The notes beneath the pieces are model-generated. The model ran no database searches. It worked only from the letters and a program-made list of their open reading frames with translations, and was not told where the DNA came from. A stretch of DNA of 64,000 bases from the NCBI GenBank assembly GCA_951406725.2, contig OX597827.1:73408001-73472000 (forward strand). The letters run 5' to 3'. This DNA is from Octopus vulgaris (lineage: Eukaryota). The number at the start of each line of letters is the position of its first letter. Position 1 is the stretch's first letter. The translations under genes were made by a program, and so were the position numbers. This document shows, one piece after another, positions 49,492 through 63,942 of the stretch.

Positions 49492-49500
<9 letters not shown>
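48912..49500. repeat. Nested foldback palindrome within (TA)n
   Basis: Inner arms 48977-49121 / 49123-49293; outer arms 48912-48955 / 49456-49500. Confidence 0.9.
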
Positions 49501-49547
<47 letters not shown>

Positions 49548-49767
49548 CATATATATGTATATATATATATAATATGTGTATGTATATATATATATACATA
49601 TATATATTTAGGCATATATATATATATATGTATATTTGTATATATATATATATATACATATTTATATACATGTATATATCTTTATATGTGTGTGTGTGTA
49701 TGTATATAATATGTATATACATACATATCTATGTAATACAGATATATATGTAGCTCACACACACAGG

Positions 49768-49833
<66 letters not shown>

Positions 49834-49888
49834 GTGTGTGTCTGTGTGTGTGTGCGTGTGTGTGCGTGTGTGTGGTTATACGTAAATA

Positions 49889-50735
49889 CAGGCGTTGGAC
49901 AAAATAATTGAAACACCTTGAAATTTTTAACAAATTATCTTAATATATGGTAGGACGGCCGTTGGCAATAATTATATCTTTAATTCTATGAGGTATGGAC
50001 TCGTACAAAGTTAAAATTGTTTCCAAAGAAAATTTTTTCCATTCATCTGGTAAAAAAGTCTACATCATTTGTAGTGTTGGTGTCGATATGGTGGAGGATA
50101 TCGGCTCTTTATGCGTTTTGATAAAATGCACAATAAATGCTCAATAATATTGAGATCTGGGGACTGTGGTGACCCGATGACTTTTTCAACATCACTAGAA
50201 TGTTTTTCCTGCCATTCTGTAACAACTTTAGTTGTGTGAATTGGTGCTTTATCATTCTGAAAGATTCCGTTTCTCTCAGGAAACAGTTCCACAACCATAG
50301 GACGACTTTGATTAGATAAAATGATTAGATAAAATAGCCTTCACTATTAATTCTGCCAGGAAGGGAAACAATTGGGCCGGAGAATTTCAGAGATGCATCC
50401 CCACCCCAGATCATCACAGATCCCACTCCATATTTAACAGTTCAGTTGGAAGAAGGCAGTCTGGGTCAAATGCTTCCTGCTTCTTTTTGCTCTCTCCACT
50501 CGTATACTCGACCGCTTGTCGGAAATTAGGAAAAGGATGCTCTGGGCACCAATTCTCTAGGTTTTCAAGCCACTCTAAATGCATTGCGACGATTTTCTTG
50601 AAAGTAGTGGTTTTCTGAAAGTAGTGGTAGCCCTCCCGTGAAATGCGGTTTTGTGCTGTTCCGGCAAACAGTTTTTTGTGGAAACAGGGTTCTCAAGGTT
50701 GTCCTTAAGCTCTGCAGGAATTTGGGGAACTGTAC
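49889..50735 (-). mobile_element. Tc1-like relic (unit 2)
   Basis: Same TIR. FQNDKAPIHT..SPQSPDLNIIEHL. Confidence 0.85.
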
Positions 50736-50995
50736 TTTTATATACAGGCATACATATATATACCCATACACACATAAAGACACACACATACATAGGTGCA
50801 GGTGTGGCTGTGTGGTAACAAACTTCGTTCCAAAACACATGGTCCTAGGTTCAGTCCCACTGTGGTGACTTGGCATCTGTCTTCTATAGCCTCAGACCAA
50901 CCAAAGCCTTGCCAGTGGATTATGTAGACAGAAACTGAAAGAAATCAATCAAATATATATGTATGTATACATGTATGTATATGTGCACATTCATA

Positions 50996-52636
50996 TCTAT
51001 TATATCAAAGTCAATGTCTATATGTGTTCGTGTATTTCTTATACATTCGAAAACTGCTGCACCGATCATAATGTAATTTGGAACACAAAATCCAAACCTA
51101 GGGAGAAGGGTAATGCTGTAATTTCATGGACCAAAATTACTGTATGGGTCCTTATAATATTTGAAACTTAGATTCAATGCATAAGGGCGGGTATAATGCA
51201 ATATGTTTGGTTTGAATTTCAGATGGTTTAAAGGGGGCAGAACACCTGCGAAAATTCATAAATTTTCGATGATGAGGAAATTTCAACCATGGGTAATTGA
51301 CACATATCAAGAAGTATTCTGAAAGTTTCCTCTTCACATGAGGATTCTAAGACACCCTAATGGGGGCCTTAACTCCTAAATCTTAGTCATTTCTTTTATG
51401 ATCCAAAACTAAGTCAAAAGTACTGAATGGATCTTTACGAAATTTGGAAATTATATTCTATGCATAAGGGCTATAACCCCAATGACAATTCATGTATTTT
51501 TGCTGTTGATGAAATTTTAACCATAGATATTAGACACAAATGAAGTAATATTTATAAAATTTATCTTCTTACAAGTTAGAAAGACCCATCCATGGGGATT
51601 TAACACCCACAATTTTGTCATTTTATCTAAGCAAAGACGAATGTCGTTGTACTCTTGGAAGCTGTAGGGTTACCCGAGCATAAAAGATGAGCGTTATTTG
51701 TAATTCAATGGTACAACAGTGTAAGAGTTTGCTTTGACATACACTTAGATTGTGATTTCTGCAATGTGCTGCATAAATTGTCAAGTAAGCGAAAGGCATC
51801 TTTGTTTCCACTGATTCAGTTGCAAAGTATTGAGTAAAGTTATTTGATTGCAGACCTCCTTTCAGTCTTTTTATTATCACTGGGACACAAATAGTCCCCA
51901 AATGGTAATATTGATTTCAAGGCCCTCTAAGATGAGTGACTGGTTATTCAAAGCCATTTATAGATTCTAAATTTATTCTGTCCAGTTACGTATCACTATA
52001 GTGGTCATTTGCAAACTCCAACTTTCATTTCTCCTTAGCACTCACGTCACACAGTTGTTAATGTTTATTTCAGTTGGGTCACGCTCTTCCAGTTGCGATA
52101 GATTCGTAATGCATCTTAGGGCTGTGCCTGTCACCTGGATTGTGAGGAATCCTACATTAGGAGTGGTAACGACTAGGGTACTGTAGCTGACTGCTCATTG
52201 TGATCATTCGTCTTTCGGTTTCCTGTAGCTTTGCTCTCTTTTACAAACCCAGTGAACATATATTTCCAATTTCAAAGAAATTCAAACAATAGATATAAGA
52301 CACAAGTTAAAAAGATTCTCAACAATGCAACTTCTCTGCTTGACATCAAGACACCCACCCCCAACAGGGGCCTTAACTCTCACATTTTAGAGCTCCATGA
52401 AGTTCATTTTTCAGGAGCAAAATCCAATAAGACTGGAATTTTAGAATATGCGCATAAAAATCAGTAATATGGGATACATGTGGCAGGAATACAATTTTTT
52501 TAGGGTGTGTAAAGAGGCAAATAACCCTCATCTGCATTTCGAAACATAAATATTCCAGTTCATTACAGAAATTATAAGAGAAAAGACAGATTCTTCAATT
52601 GAATGCAACACGGGCAACGGCGAGTATCACTGGTAG
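50996..52636 (+). mobile_element. Helitron-like non-autonomous element
   Basis: Starts a|tctattatatcaaag and ends cgggcaacggcgagtatcactggtag|t, where homology to the EGF unit intron resumes. Confidence 0.5.
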
Positions 52637-52774
52637 TCAAGTATATATTCATCTCTATCTGGTGTTTTAACGCTAAAGGAAATTACAATATCTTGGATAC
52701 TGAGTCATCTATGAGATACCATAAAACTCTTATAATAGCAATTCATACCCAACGTTTTTATTTTATTATTTCAG

Positions 52775-52903
52775 AATGTCTCAGCGGCAGATTTGGTCGC
52801 AATTGCACAAAGTCCTGTCATTGTTCCGAAACATGTAACCACATAAATGGACTATGTCCAGGAGTGTGTGATGCAGGATACACCGGGTACAACTGCCAAG
52901 AAG
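52775..52903 (+). CDS. EGF-like exon type A
   Basis: 129 nt, AG/GT. Same peptide as 48047-48175. Confidence 0.88.
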
Positions 52904-53164
52904 GTTATTTCCAACACCTTTTATTCCAACATTTTAAAATTCTCTACATTTGATTTAGTGTTTCTTAGCGTAAATCACCTTTATTATTTGTTATCAAAGA
53001 CTACTTCAATGTTAACTCATGAGTTATGCTTTAAGATAAGGTAATAAAAAAGCATGTCTTTGATATCTCACATATATTTGTAGAAGAGAACTCTTACAGC
53101 CATAACTTTTATTGTGTGGGTCTAATAATATCTAATCTGTTGTATTTTATATTAATATTTTCAG

Positions 53165-53299
53165 AATGTGAAGTTGGTAGATTTGGTAGCAATTGTAGAA
53201 GAACATGTCATTGTATCGACGACGAAAACTGCGACAGAATAACTGGAAAATGCTCAGATGGATGTTCTGCTGGATATACAGGCGACTTTTGTCAACAAA
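53165..53299 (+). CDS. EGF-like exon type B
   Basis: 135 nt, AG/GT. ECEVGRFGSNCRRTCHCIDDENCDRITGKCSDGCSAGYTGDFCQQ. Confidence 0.88.
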
Positions 53300-53519
53300 G
53301 TATGATATAAAACTATAACATATTTCATAAAGATATGTTTAAATCTCTGCATCTGATTCTTACTTTATCTTTCCTTTTATCGGGGACGATTCAGGTTTAT
53401 AACCAATATACTTTCCAAACTTAGTTTCATTAAATACTTCGTGAATTCATATTGAGATATGTGGGTTTCATGCGTTTCTATGTATGCTTTACATATGTAT
53501 GTATGTCTGTATATGTATT

Positions 53520-53551
<32 letters not shown>

Positions 53552-53707
53552 CATGTTTTTATGTATATATATACATGTATTTATGCATATATATATAACA
53601 TATATATACATATATATAATAAATATATATATATGTACATATATATATGTATTTGTATTTATATACATATATACACATGTATATATATATATATACATAA
53701 ATGTGTG

Positions 53708-53765
<58 letters not shown>

Positions 53766-53781
53766 TATGTATACATAAATA

Positions 53782-55020
53782 CAGAGGTTGGACAAAATAA
53801 TGGAAACACCTTGAAATTGTAAACAAATTATCGCAATATCAGCCAGGCCTTTGGTAGTAATTACAGCTTCAATTCTACTGGGTATGGACTCCTACAAAGT
53901 TTGAATTTTTTCGAAAGGAAATTTTCTCCATTCCTCAGCTATAAAAGTCTCCATTGCGTGCAGTGGTGATGCTGTTATGGTGGAGGATATCGACTCTTTA
54001 TATGTTTGTATACAATGAACAATAAAAACTAAAATATATTGAGATCTGGAGGCTGTGGTGAATCGATGAACTGTTCATCTTCACAAGAATGTCTGTCCTG
54101 CCATTCTGTAACAACTTTAGCTGTTTGAATTGGTGCTTTATCATCCTGAAAGATTACGTTTCTCCCAGGAAACAGTTCCGCAACCATAGGATGAATTTGA
54201 TGAGATAAGATGCTTAAATTTGCCTTCACTATTAATTCTGCCATGAAGGGAAACAATTGGGCCGGAGAATTTCAGAGATGCATCCCCAACCCAGATCATC
54301 ACAGATCCTCCTCCATATTTAACAGTTGGAAGAAGACAGTCTGGGTCAAATGCTTCCTGATTCTTTTTGCTCTCTCCACTAGTATACTCGACTGCTCGTT
54401 GGAAATTAAGTAAAGATGCTCTAGGCACCAATTCTCTAGGTTTTTACGCCACTCTAAACGCATTGCGACGTTTCTCTTGAAAGTAGTGGTTTTCTGATTG
54501 TAGCCTTCCCGTGAAATCCGTTTTTGTGCAGTTCCGGCGAACAGTTTTTTGTGGAAACAGGGTTCTCAAGGTGGTCCTTAAGCTCTGCAGGAATTTGGGG
54601 AACTGTACTTTTGTGATCCATTCTAACAATTCACGGAAGAGTCCCTAATTTTGGTTCTCCTCCAGAGTTTTATTTCGAAGAGGAGGTTTTTCCCGCTTTG
54701 TCAAAGGCTGCATTATTTTCCAGGACAGTACTTCTTGATAAACCAAATATTTCGGCTGTTTTCGTTACGCTAGCACCTCTCATATGAGCACCAACAATTT
54801 GACCTCTTTGAAAGTCCAATAGATCTGATATTTTAATGAATTTCAATTACCTTTTTCTAATGGTAACTGAAAAGAAACAGCAATTTTAGCAAAATATATT
54901 ATGCGAGAAAAATAATAAATCAGAATATATATATAAAAATAAATTTTGATGGTTTTTATAGATATTTCAAAATTTTGATACTATGATGCTTGGCGTTTGC
55001 ATTATTTTGTCCAACCTCTG
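53782..55020 (-). mobile_element. Tc1-like transposon with both TIRs, decayed transposase (unit 3)
   Basis: TA|cagaggttggacaaaataatg..cattattttgtccaacctctg|TA. PTVKYGGGSVMIW, FQDDKAP, PPDLNI. Confidence 0.9.
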
Positions 55021-55139
55021 TATATGTACATCATATATATAAGGTAGATGAGAAGACCTTGAAAAGACACAGAAATCGATTGAACTAACGGGTAGGCTAT
55101 AATATCCATGTTAAAAACTTCATTTCAATGAGACTAGGT

Positions 55140-55466
55140 TTCATCATCATCATCACCATTTGACATCCGTTCTGTATGTTGGTAGCCGTTGTGCGGTTCT
55201 AGGTGTCCCAACGAGAGCAGAGGACTGCGCCAAGCTATTGTGTCTGCTTTGGCAGGGTTTCTGTAGCTGGATGCTCTTATTAACATGAAACACTTTACAG
55301 TGTGCACAGAGCGCTTTTGTCGTTGCACCAGCACTAGTGATGTCACCAAGTTTTCCAAGGCAAGAACCTTCAGCAAAATGGGGTACGGTATTGAGGCATA
55401 TAAAAGTATGGTAGAGAGACAGGAATAGGTATCTTGCTGAAGATGTGATTACATGGCTTCATCCGC

Positions 55467-55480
<14 letters not shown>
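55140..55480 (-). mobile_element. Decayed RTE-type 3' end
   Basis: (cat)n, then similarity to 15901-16100 (tttct..gctggatgc). Confidence 0.55.
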
Positions 55481-55519
<39 letters not shown>

Positions 55520-55960
55520 AAGAGAGAGAGAGAAGAGAGAGAGAGAAAGAGAGAGAGGAGAGAGTGATGTTGATGGCGTACCTTTAAGATATAAAGTGCG
55601 ATTAATTCAACTGCACTTTTGTGTGTCAGCAGTTTCATAGATGTTCAAAGAAGGAATTTGATACGAATATCAGTTTGTTGCAGGCGAAGTGAAATAGGTT
55701 AAAGAAGATGAGGAGGGGTGATGGTGAATAAAGGAGGGATTAGGGAGAGGTGAGGGAGGGAGGGTTGACGGAAGGTACGGGAGGAGGATGCACTCCTAAG
55801 TGACCGTTGTTGCCATACCATATGAAAAATTGGGAATAAATATCACATCACCTGAGCGAGTAGTACCACAGTTGCAAGATAGACAGAAAAATCACCGTTA
55901 GATGAATTGTGTAGTAAGGCATGACAGGATCTAATTTTTGCGTTCTTGTCCCATCTTGTA

Positions 55961-56033
<73 letters not shown>

Positions 56034-56234
56034 CAAAATGGGACAAGAACGCAAAACAACCAGACTGTTAGGTGATACAAAAAAGGGACAACAAAGTATC
56101 CAAATAGATTATACAAAGAAAACAAAGACGGGTCATTCGGAGTTTTTTTCCCTCAGTCGAGTTTCAGATTATCTTTGTAATTTCGGCAGGTTATACTCGA
56201 GATACCTCCAATCTGGCCAGCCCCAAGGAAAAAA

Positions 56235-56351
<117 letters not shown>

Positions 56352-56536
56352 AATCGCAGCGTAGAAGGTGTTTATAAGCCATTAAAGAAATACACAAAAC
56401 CCGTTAGATTCACTTAAACATTTAAAATTGATTTGTGAAAATATTTTCGTTGCTTTGAGACCGCGACCTGTTCACTGACAAAACTCCGTGCTGCATCTGA
56501 GAAAGTAACAGTCAGTTCATGATATATATGTACGTA

Positions 56537-56607
<71 letters not shown>

Positions 56608-57052
56608 ATGTATGTGTGTATGTATGTATGTATGTATGTGCGTATGTATGTATGTATGTATGTATGTGCGTATGTATGTATGTGTGTACATGTATGTGCG
56701 TATGCATATGTGCATGCCTATACGCATGTATGTATGTTCTTATGTACTTACGTATGTATTTGTGTATTTAGGAGAGTGTAGACATGTCTGTGTGTGTGTA
56801 CATATGTATGTACATGTGAATGTATGTTCATGTAGTGATATGCGTCTGTTCGAGTTATATACATGACTGTTACCTTGTTGAAGGTTGTATTTGTACATAC
56901 GTATATATTTATATAGACACACACACATATATATATGTGCGTGTGCGTGTGTGCGTGTGCGTGCGCGTGCGTTTGTCCCTCTTACCAACGTCTAACGGGG
57001 AATGGCTACAACATCTTAGATACATACATGCAAATATAACCTTATACATATA

Positions 57053-58319
57053 CGAGGGGCGTTCAATAAGTAATGCCCCTGACCCACTTCCCATAGCAGT
57101 AGAGCAACGACACTTGGCACAGTTATTAGTCTTTTCCTACATAGGAACTACCCAGAGTTATGCATTTCTCCCATCGTTTGATACAGCTCTGGAGACCGTT
57201 TTTGTAGAAGACCCCAGCTTGGTCCTCCAACCACGACGTGACTTCAGAAATCAAGGCTGCATCATCTGGGAAACGCTTTCCTTTCAAAATCAACTTCATG
57301 GCTGGGAAGAGGTGAAAATTAGAGGGTGCAAGGGTAGGAGTTCATAGCTGCACGCCTGTGCTTCTGATCTGGCGACACGCGAGTTGTGGACCGGAGCGTT
57401 GTCCTGCAGGAGGAGGATGCCTTTGCTGATCTTGCCCCGCCTCTTGATTTTGATAGCTTCTCTTAATTTCCTCAAAAGTGAAGCATAATAGGCTCCTGTA
57501 ATTGTGGTACCCTTTGCCAGGAAATCTGTCATCACTACTCCGTCCTGGTCCCAGAAGACTGTGAGCATAACCTTGTCAGCGGAGGGCTGCACCCTTGCCT
57601 TCTTTGGAGGAGGTGAGTCACGGTGCTTTCACTGCATTGACTGGGCTTTGATCTATGGATCATAGTGATGGACCCAGGTTTTATCCTGTGTGATCAGTCT
57701 TTTGAAAAATTTTGACTCATCTTCTTGGCACATCTCCAAATTCATCCTCGAGCACTCAACGCGTTCTTGCTTCTGGAAAGGTGTGAGCAACCTGGAAATC
57801 CATCTGGTAGACACCTTTTGCATAAAATGGTCATGAATGATAGTTTCCACAGACCCGGTACTAATCTTGACCTTATGGGCTATTTGGCGAATAGTTATGC
57901 GTTGACCTTCCAAAATGGCAGCCTCAAAATATATGTATATATTCCAAAATGGCAGCCTCAACTTGACGGACAGACGTCTCATCAACGGCAGAAGGGGGCG
58001 ACCAGATCTGGGAGCTGTTTCCACAGAGTTCCGACTATGTTTGAATTCACAATGCCAGCGTTTTACAAGTCATATGATGCGGCATCATCACCATAAGTTA
58101 CTTTCATTTCATCAAAAGTCTCCCGTGGTGTGCGTCCTTTCAAATACAAAAACCAGATCACTGCTCGACACTCAACAGGCTCCATTTCACACTTGACTCA
58201 GTTCAAACACCTGTAAATCAGAAACCACAATTAGTTCAGAGCTGTAATTCGCCACTTAATTTCAGCTAGATCAAACAACTGCAAGTGGGTCAGGGGCATT
58301 ACTTATTGAACGCCCCTCG
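57053..58319 (-). mobile_element. Mariner transposon, 37-bp perfect TIRs, TA TSD, frameshifted transposase
   Basis: cgaggggcgttcaataagtaatgcccctgacccactt at both ends. ITQDKTWVHHYDP, KVMLTVFWDQDG, LLQDNAPVH. Confidence 0.93.
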
Positions 58320-58748
58320 TATACAAGTACACACAATCATATAGACACTTACACATACTCTCATACGTATAATCTTAAAGTATACACACATACACTTATC
58401 CATCTCTACACACATATATACACATACATATACACACACACGCATATATATACTTATATATATATATACGCATATATTCATACATACATACGCACATACA
58501 CATACATATACATATATATATATATACATATATATGACACAGTTTTCAATGGCAATGGTTAAAATTCAAACTTGCCTCATATTCTATTTATTACTTTTTT
58601 ATTATTTTTTATATACTTTTTTAAACAATACATACATATATCTACACATACTCATGTGTGCATGACGTACATACTTATACACTAACATACACAACGCACA
58701 CATGCACACACATACACACACACATATATATATGAATATATATACATA

Positions 58749-58796
<48 letters not shown>

Positions 58797-59323
58797 TGTG
58801 TGTGTGTGTATATATGCATACGACTGCCTTCATTCAGTTTCCGCCTACCAAATCCACTAAGAAGGCTTTGGGCTGCCTGACGCTATAATAGAATACAGAT
58901 GCACAAGGTGCTATGCAGTGGGATTGAACCCGGATCCATATGTTTGGAAAGCAAGCTTTCTTACCAAACTTTCATTCATTAATAAATCTATCACCATTGA
59001 ACACCATTTCTGATATAGGGAGGCGACGTATGCAAAAGTTGCTGAAAGAAGTCGTTTGTCTGCTCGTGATTCTTTATAATTATCTATATTTGATATTTCA
59101 TCGGATTTTATTTTAAGCGAATACTTTCATCTTATTCTCTGTGGTTACATTTCATTGATCCACGTTGAAATACAATGAGGAATCAAGTATATACTCATCT
59201 CTATCTAGTGCCTGTAATGCTAAAATATATAACAATATCTGGCATACTGAGTCATCTATAAGATACCATAAAACTCTCTTATAATAGCAATTCATAGCCA
59301 ACGTTTTTATTTTATTATTTCAG

Positions 59324-59452
59324 AATGTCTCAGCGGCAGATTTGGTCCCGAATGTACAAAGTTCTGTCATTGTTCCGAAACATGTAACCACATACATGGA
59401 TTATGTCCAGGAGTGTGTGAAGCAGGATACACCGGGTACAACTGCCAAAAAG
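59324..59452 (+). CDS. EGF-like exon type A
   Basis: 129 nt, AG/GT. ECLSGRFGPECTKFCHCSETCNHIHGLCPGVCEAGYTGYNCQK. Confidence 0.85.
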
Positions 59453-59713
59453 GTTATTTCCAACACCCTTTTATTCCAATATTTTAAAATTCTCTACATT
59501 TGATTTAATGTTTCTTAGCGTAAACAACTTTCTTATTTATCATCAAAAACTACTTCAATGTTAACTCATGAGTTATGCTTTAAGATAAGATAATAAAAAG
59601 GCGTGTCTTTGATATCTCACATATATTTGTAGAAGAGAGCTCTTACAGCCATAACTTTTATTGTGTGGAGCTAATAATATCTAATCTGTTGTATTTTATA
59701 TTAATATTTTCAG

Positions 59714-59848
59714 AATGTGAAGCTGGTAGATTTGGTAGCAATTGTTGAGGGACATGTCATTGTATCGACGACGAAAACTGCGACAGAATAACTGGAAAAT
59801 GCTCAGATGGATGTTCTGCTGGATATACAGACGCCTTTTCTCAACAAA
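59714..59848 (+). pseudogene. EGF-like exon type B with in-frame TGA and lost donor
   Basis: AGA>TGA at 59746-59748, last Cys>Ser, GT>CT at 59849-59850. Acceptor intact. Confidence 0.85.
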
Positions 59849-60104
59849 CTATGATATAAATCTATAAAATATTTCATAAAAATATGTTTAAATCTCTGCA
59901 TCTGATTCTTACTTTATCTTTCCGTTTATTTCCTGATGAGAACTATACAGGTTTATAATCAATATATTTTCCAAACTTAGTTTCATTAAATACTTCGTGA
60001 ATCCATATTGAGATATGTCGTTTGCATGCGTTTCTATGTATGTTTTATATATGTATGGGTGTATGTATATGTATTTATGTATCTGCATGTATATATATGT
60101 ATAA

Positions 60105-60214
<110 letters not shown>

Positions 60215-60279
60215 TTTGTGTGTGTCTAAATACATGTATATATACGTAAATACACAAACACCTATGTAACACACTCATA

Positions 60280-60870
60280 TTCTCAAATTCTACGAGGTAT
60301 TGACTCGTACAAATTTGAATTGTTTCCGCAAAGGAAATTTTCTCCATTCCTCAGCTAAAACAATCTCCATTTCTTGTAGTGATGATATCGATACGGTGGG
60401 GGATATCGACTCTTTATATGTTTTTATACAATGCACAATAAATACTCAATAATATTGAGATCTGGGGACTCTGGTGACCCAATGAACTAACTTCACTAGA
60501 ATGTTTTTCCCGCCATTCAGTAACAACTTTAGCTGTGTGAATTGGTGCATTATCATCCTGAATGATTCCGTTTCTCTCAGGAAACAGTTGCGCAACCATA
60601 GGACGACTTTGATTAGATAAAATGCTTAAATAACCTTCACTATTTATTCTGCCATGAAGGGAAACAATTGGGCTGGGAATTTAAGAGATGCATCCTCATC
60701 TCAGATCATCACAGATCCTCCTCCATATTTAACAGTTGGAAAAAGGCAGTCTGGGTCAAGTGCTTCTTTTGGCTCTCTTCACACGTATACTCAACCGGTG
60801 GTCGGAAATAAGGTAAAGGATGCTCTAGCACCAATTCTGTAGGTTTTTACGCCACTCTAAACGCTTTGCA
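60280..60870 (-). mobile_element. Tc1-like relic (unit 4)
   Basis: IQDDNAPIHTAKVVTEW; matches 53782-55020. Confidence 0.8.
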
Positions 60871-61009
60871 ATGTTTGTTTGTCACCTGAGCGAATAGTAC
60901 CACAGTTGCAAGATAGACAGAAAGATGACCGTTAGATAAACCGTGTAGTAAGGCATGACAGGATCTAATTTCTGCTTTGAGGGGCAGTGGTCTTCAAGCA
61001 CTTCACATC

Positions 61010-61390
61010 ACCATTAATCTCGTTCGTTTCCTATCTTCTCCGTAAGGTTCAAAATTTTGAAGTCACTCTACATCACTTCATCCCATATCTTGCTGGGTTT
61101 TCTTCCAAATGTTTTATCCAACTTTAGGGGTTGCCACGTCTTTATACGGCTGTTTTCACTCATCCGTGTCCTATGACATTTCCAGTTCCGCCTTCTCTGC
61201 TGTGCATCAATGCTTCTTATGCCCGATTTTGCTCTCAAGACATTTTTTTGGTCGTACAAGCAAACTAGCTTTGCACATCCAGCAGAGTATGCGAGCTTCC
61301 TTTCACTCTACTTTTTATGTGTTTGTATACATGATCCAAGTTTCAGAAACATGTAGCATTGATAAATAGAAAACGGCTGAGAACCGAGAC
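61010..61390 (-). mobile_element. Decayed RTE ORF C-terminus
   Basis: LRAKSGIRSI..RRRNWKCHRTRMSENS..GRKPSKIWDEV matches the end of ORF 16513-17748. Confidence 0.65.
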
Positions 61391-62393
61391 ATGGCGAACA
61401 TCAACCTCCAAACTAAATTCATCATTGTGTTCCTTAACTCACATCTTACTGAAAAAATATTTGTACATGTCTTGAACGACACTCAACAGCCATTTGTTTA
61501 CAAGCGGCCGCTACGACCACGACATCAAGGAATGGAATCCCTGCCGAAATCTTTCTTTAGAGTGACAAATGCAAAGTAGAGGATTTTACATTTTACTAAC
61601 TACTTCTTCTGCATTAACTGCATAATAAAGAGAAGATCAGCAGTACTTCTCGCCCGAATGAAACCAAAAAACATCTTGTTTATATTCATTTTATTCCTAA
61701 TTAATCGGGCTATGGATCCTTGAATCACGTTGAAGATCGAATGCACTAAACTAAACACTATATATTTACTTCTCACTAAGACATCTCATTTACCGTCGTA
61801 AGAAATCTAGCGGAATCATTAGGATGTCCGGCAAAAGTCCTTAGCAGAATTTCTTCCGTCTTCACATTCCGAGTTTAAATTGTCGCTGAGGTCGACTTTG
61901 ACTTTTTCTCGTTGGTAATAGTACTTAGCGGTTTTTCTGCCCAATTACACGTTCTGAGTTCAAATGCCGCTGGGGTTGACTTTTCCTTTCATTCTTTCGT
62001 GGACGATTAAATAACTACCAGATGAACACTGGGGTCGATGTAATCTACCCACCGCCTTCCGGAAAATCTGTTATTTAGAAGAATTAATTAGCAGTGGCAG
62101 GAGATGTGTGGTACACCATTGAGGGGTATCATACGGTATGATAGAGACACAGCAAGAGGTACCTTACTGAAGAGGTGTATATATGTCTTCACCAGCTGGA
62201 AAGAGAATTTGAAACCAATACTCTTAGCAAAAGAATGCATGCCACATATTTTTTTTATTTACAGCCTAACATAAGTTTCTCATAACAAAGATTTGGTTGT
62301 GTTACATATCCAGCATTTTCGTGATAAACACACACTGATACACACACACACACACACACACAAACACAAACACACACAGACACAGACACACAC

Positions 62394-62471
<78 letters not shown>

Positions 62472-62857
62472 TGTCAGTCATTCGACTGCGGCCATATTGG
62501 AGTACTGCCTTGAGGAAATGTACACAAACGAATCGAGCGCAAACATTTATTTTTGATAAAACCTCATCTATTTTTTTACCGAACTGCTGTTGCGAGAAGG
62601 TAAAGCTTTTAAACCGGTTGCTAAGCACATGGTGGGGATCACACGCGCACACAAACACGCACACACACATACGCACGCGCGCGCGCACACACGTAAATAT
62701 ACATATATTTATGATTTGTCCGCCTACTGCATCCAACAACAACTGTGTGGTCGACCGGAGGCTATTATAGGAGGCAGCACACAATGGGACTGGAAGTACA
62801 ACTATGTTGTTGGGAAACAAACCTTTTACAACACAGTCACGCTTGCACCGATATATA

Positions 62858-63751
62858 CGAAGTTGGTATCACAAATTCCCGGCCTCGTTATGTTTAAAAA
62901 AAAAATCACTTGTTTACTTCAGTTTTAACATAATCTTTTTCAAAACAGTCACCTTGCACAGCACTACACCACCAAAAGTGTTTCTCTCACTTTTGGAATT
63001 CGACCTATAAGTCGTTTTCCGTGACTCGAGGACCTTCTGTGATTCACTCTTGATCTCGACAACGGTGTTAAAACGCCGACCGTTGAGCTGCATTTTGAGA
63101 CTGGAGAAGTGAGTAAAGTCCGCATGTGCTAAATCTGGCGAATAAGATGGGTGAGAAAGTGATACCATTTTGATTTTGGCGAGAGCTCACGAGCGAGGAG
63201 ATCTCGGTGATGGGTGCCCTTATCATTGTGAAGAATATAATTCTTCACGCTTCATAGATCCGATCACTTTCGCCGAATCTCTTCCCACAAATGTTTCAAA
63301 ACAGCGCTGTAGAACTCCCGATTGACAGTCTGTCACTGGAGGAGGAATTCCCAAGACCAAATTTTCCGGGTTTGACACTCGTGGTAGGTCTTCCAAATCA
63401 ATTATCATCTTCCACGCAGGTCTTTCCGCTTTTGAAGCGCCCGTGCCACACCAAACATTGCTTAGGACCCATTTCCTCATCGCTGTAAACTTGCCGAAGT
63501 ATGGTCAATGCCTCTGTAACCGACTTCTCAAGTTTAACGCAAAATTTCATTGTGTCTCCTTGATCCTGACAAAATCGCAGACTACAGCATAAAAAAATTC
63601 CATAAAAAAATACAGATGTGAACACGGCGAATTCATTCGGAACACCGCTTCGTGGAGGTCACTGCTAGCATTCACTGCACACGCAATCATATGTTGCCAT
63701 CTTTTGGCACGCCGCAGAACTAGTCCGGGGAATTTTTTTTATATCACCTCG
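62858..63751 (-). mobile_element. Internally deleted mariner
   Basis: MKFCVKLEKSVTEAL..WHGRFKSG; HPSYSPDLAHADF; imperfect TIRs with TA. Confidence 0.85.
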
Positions 63752-63754
63752 TAT

Positions 63755-63798
<44 letters not shown>

Positions 63799-63942
63799 GC
63801 GCGCAGGTATGGTTGTGTGGTAAGAAACTTGCCGGTTTGAGACCCTCTGCGTGGCATTTGGGCAGGTGTCTTCTGCTATAGCCTCGGGCTGACCAAAGAC
63901 TTGTGAGTGGATTTCGTAGATGGAAATTTAAAGAAACACGTC

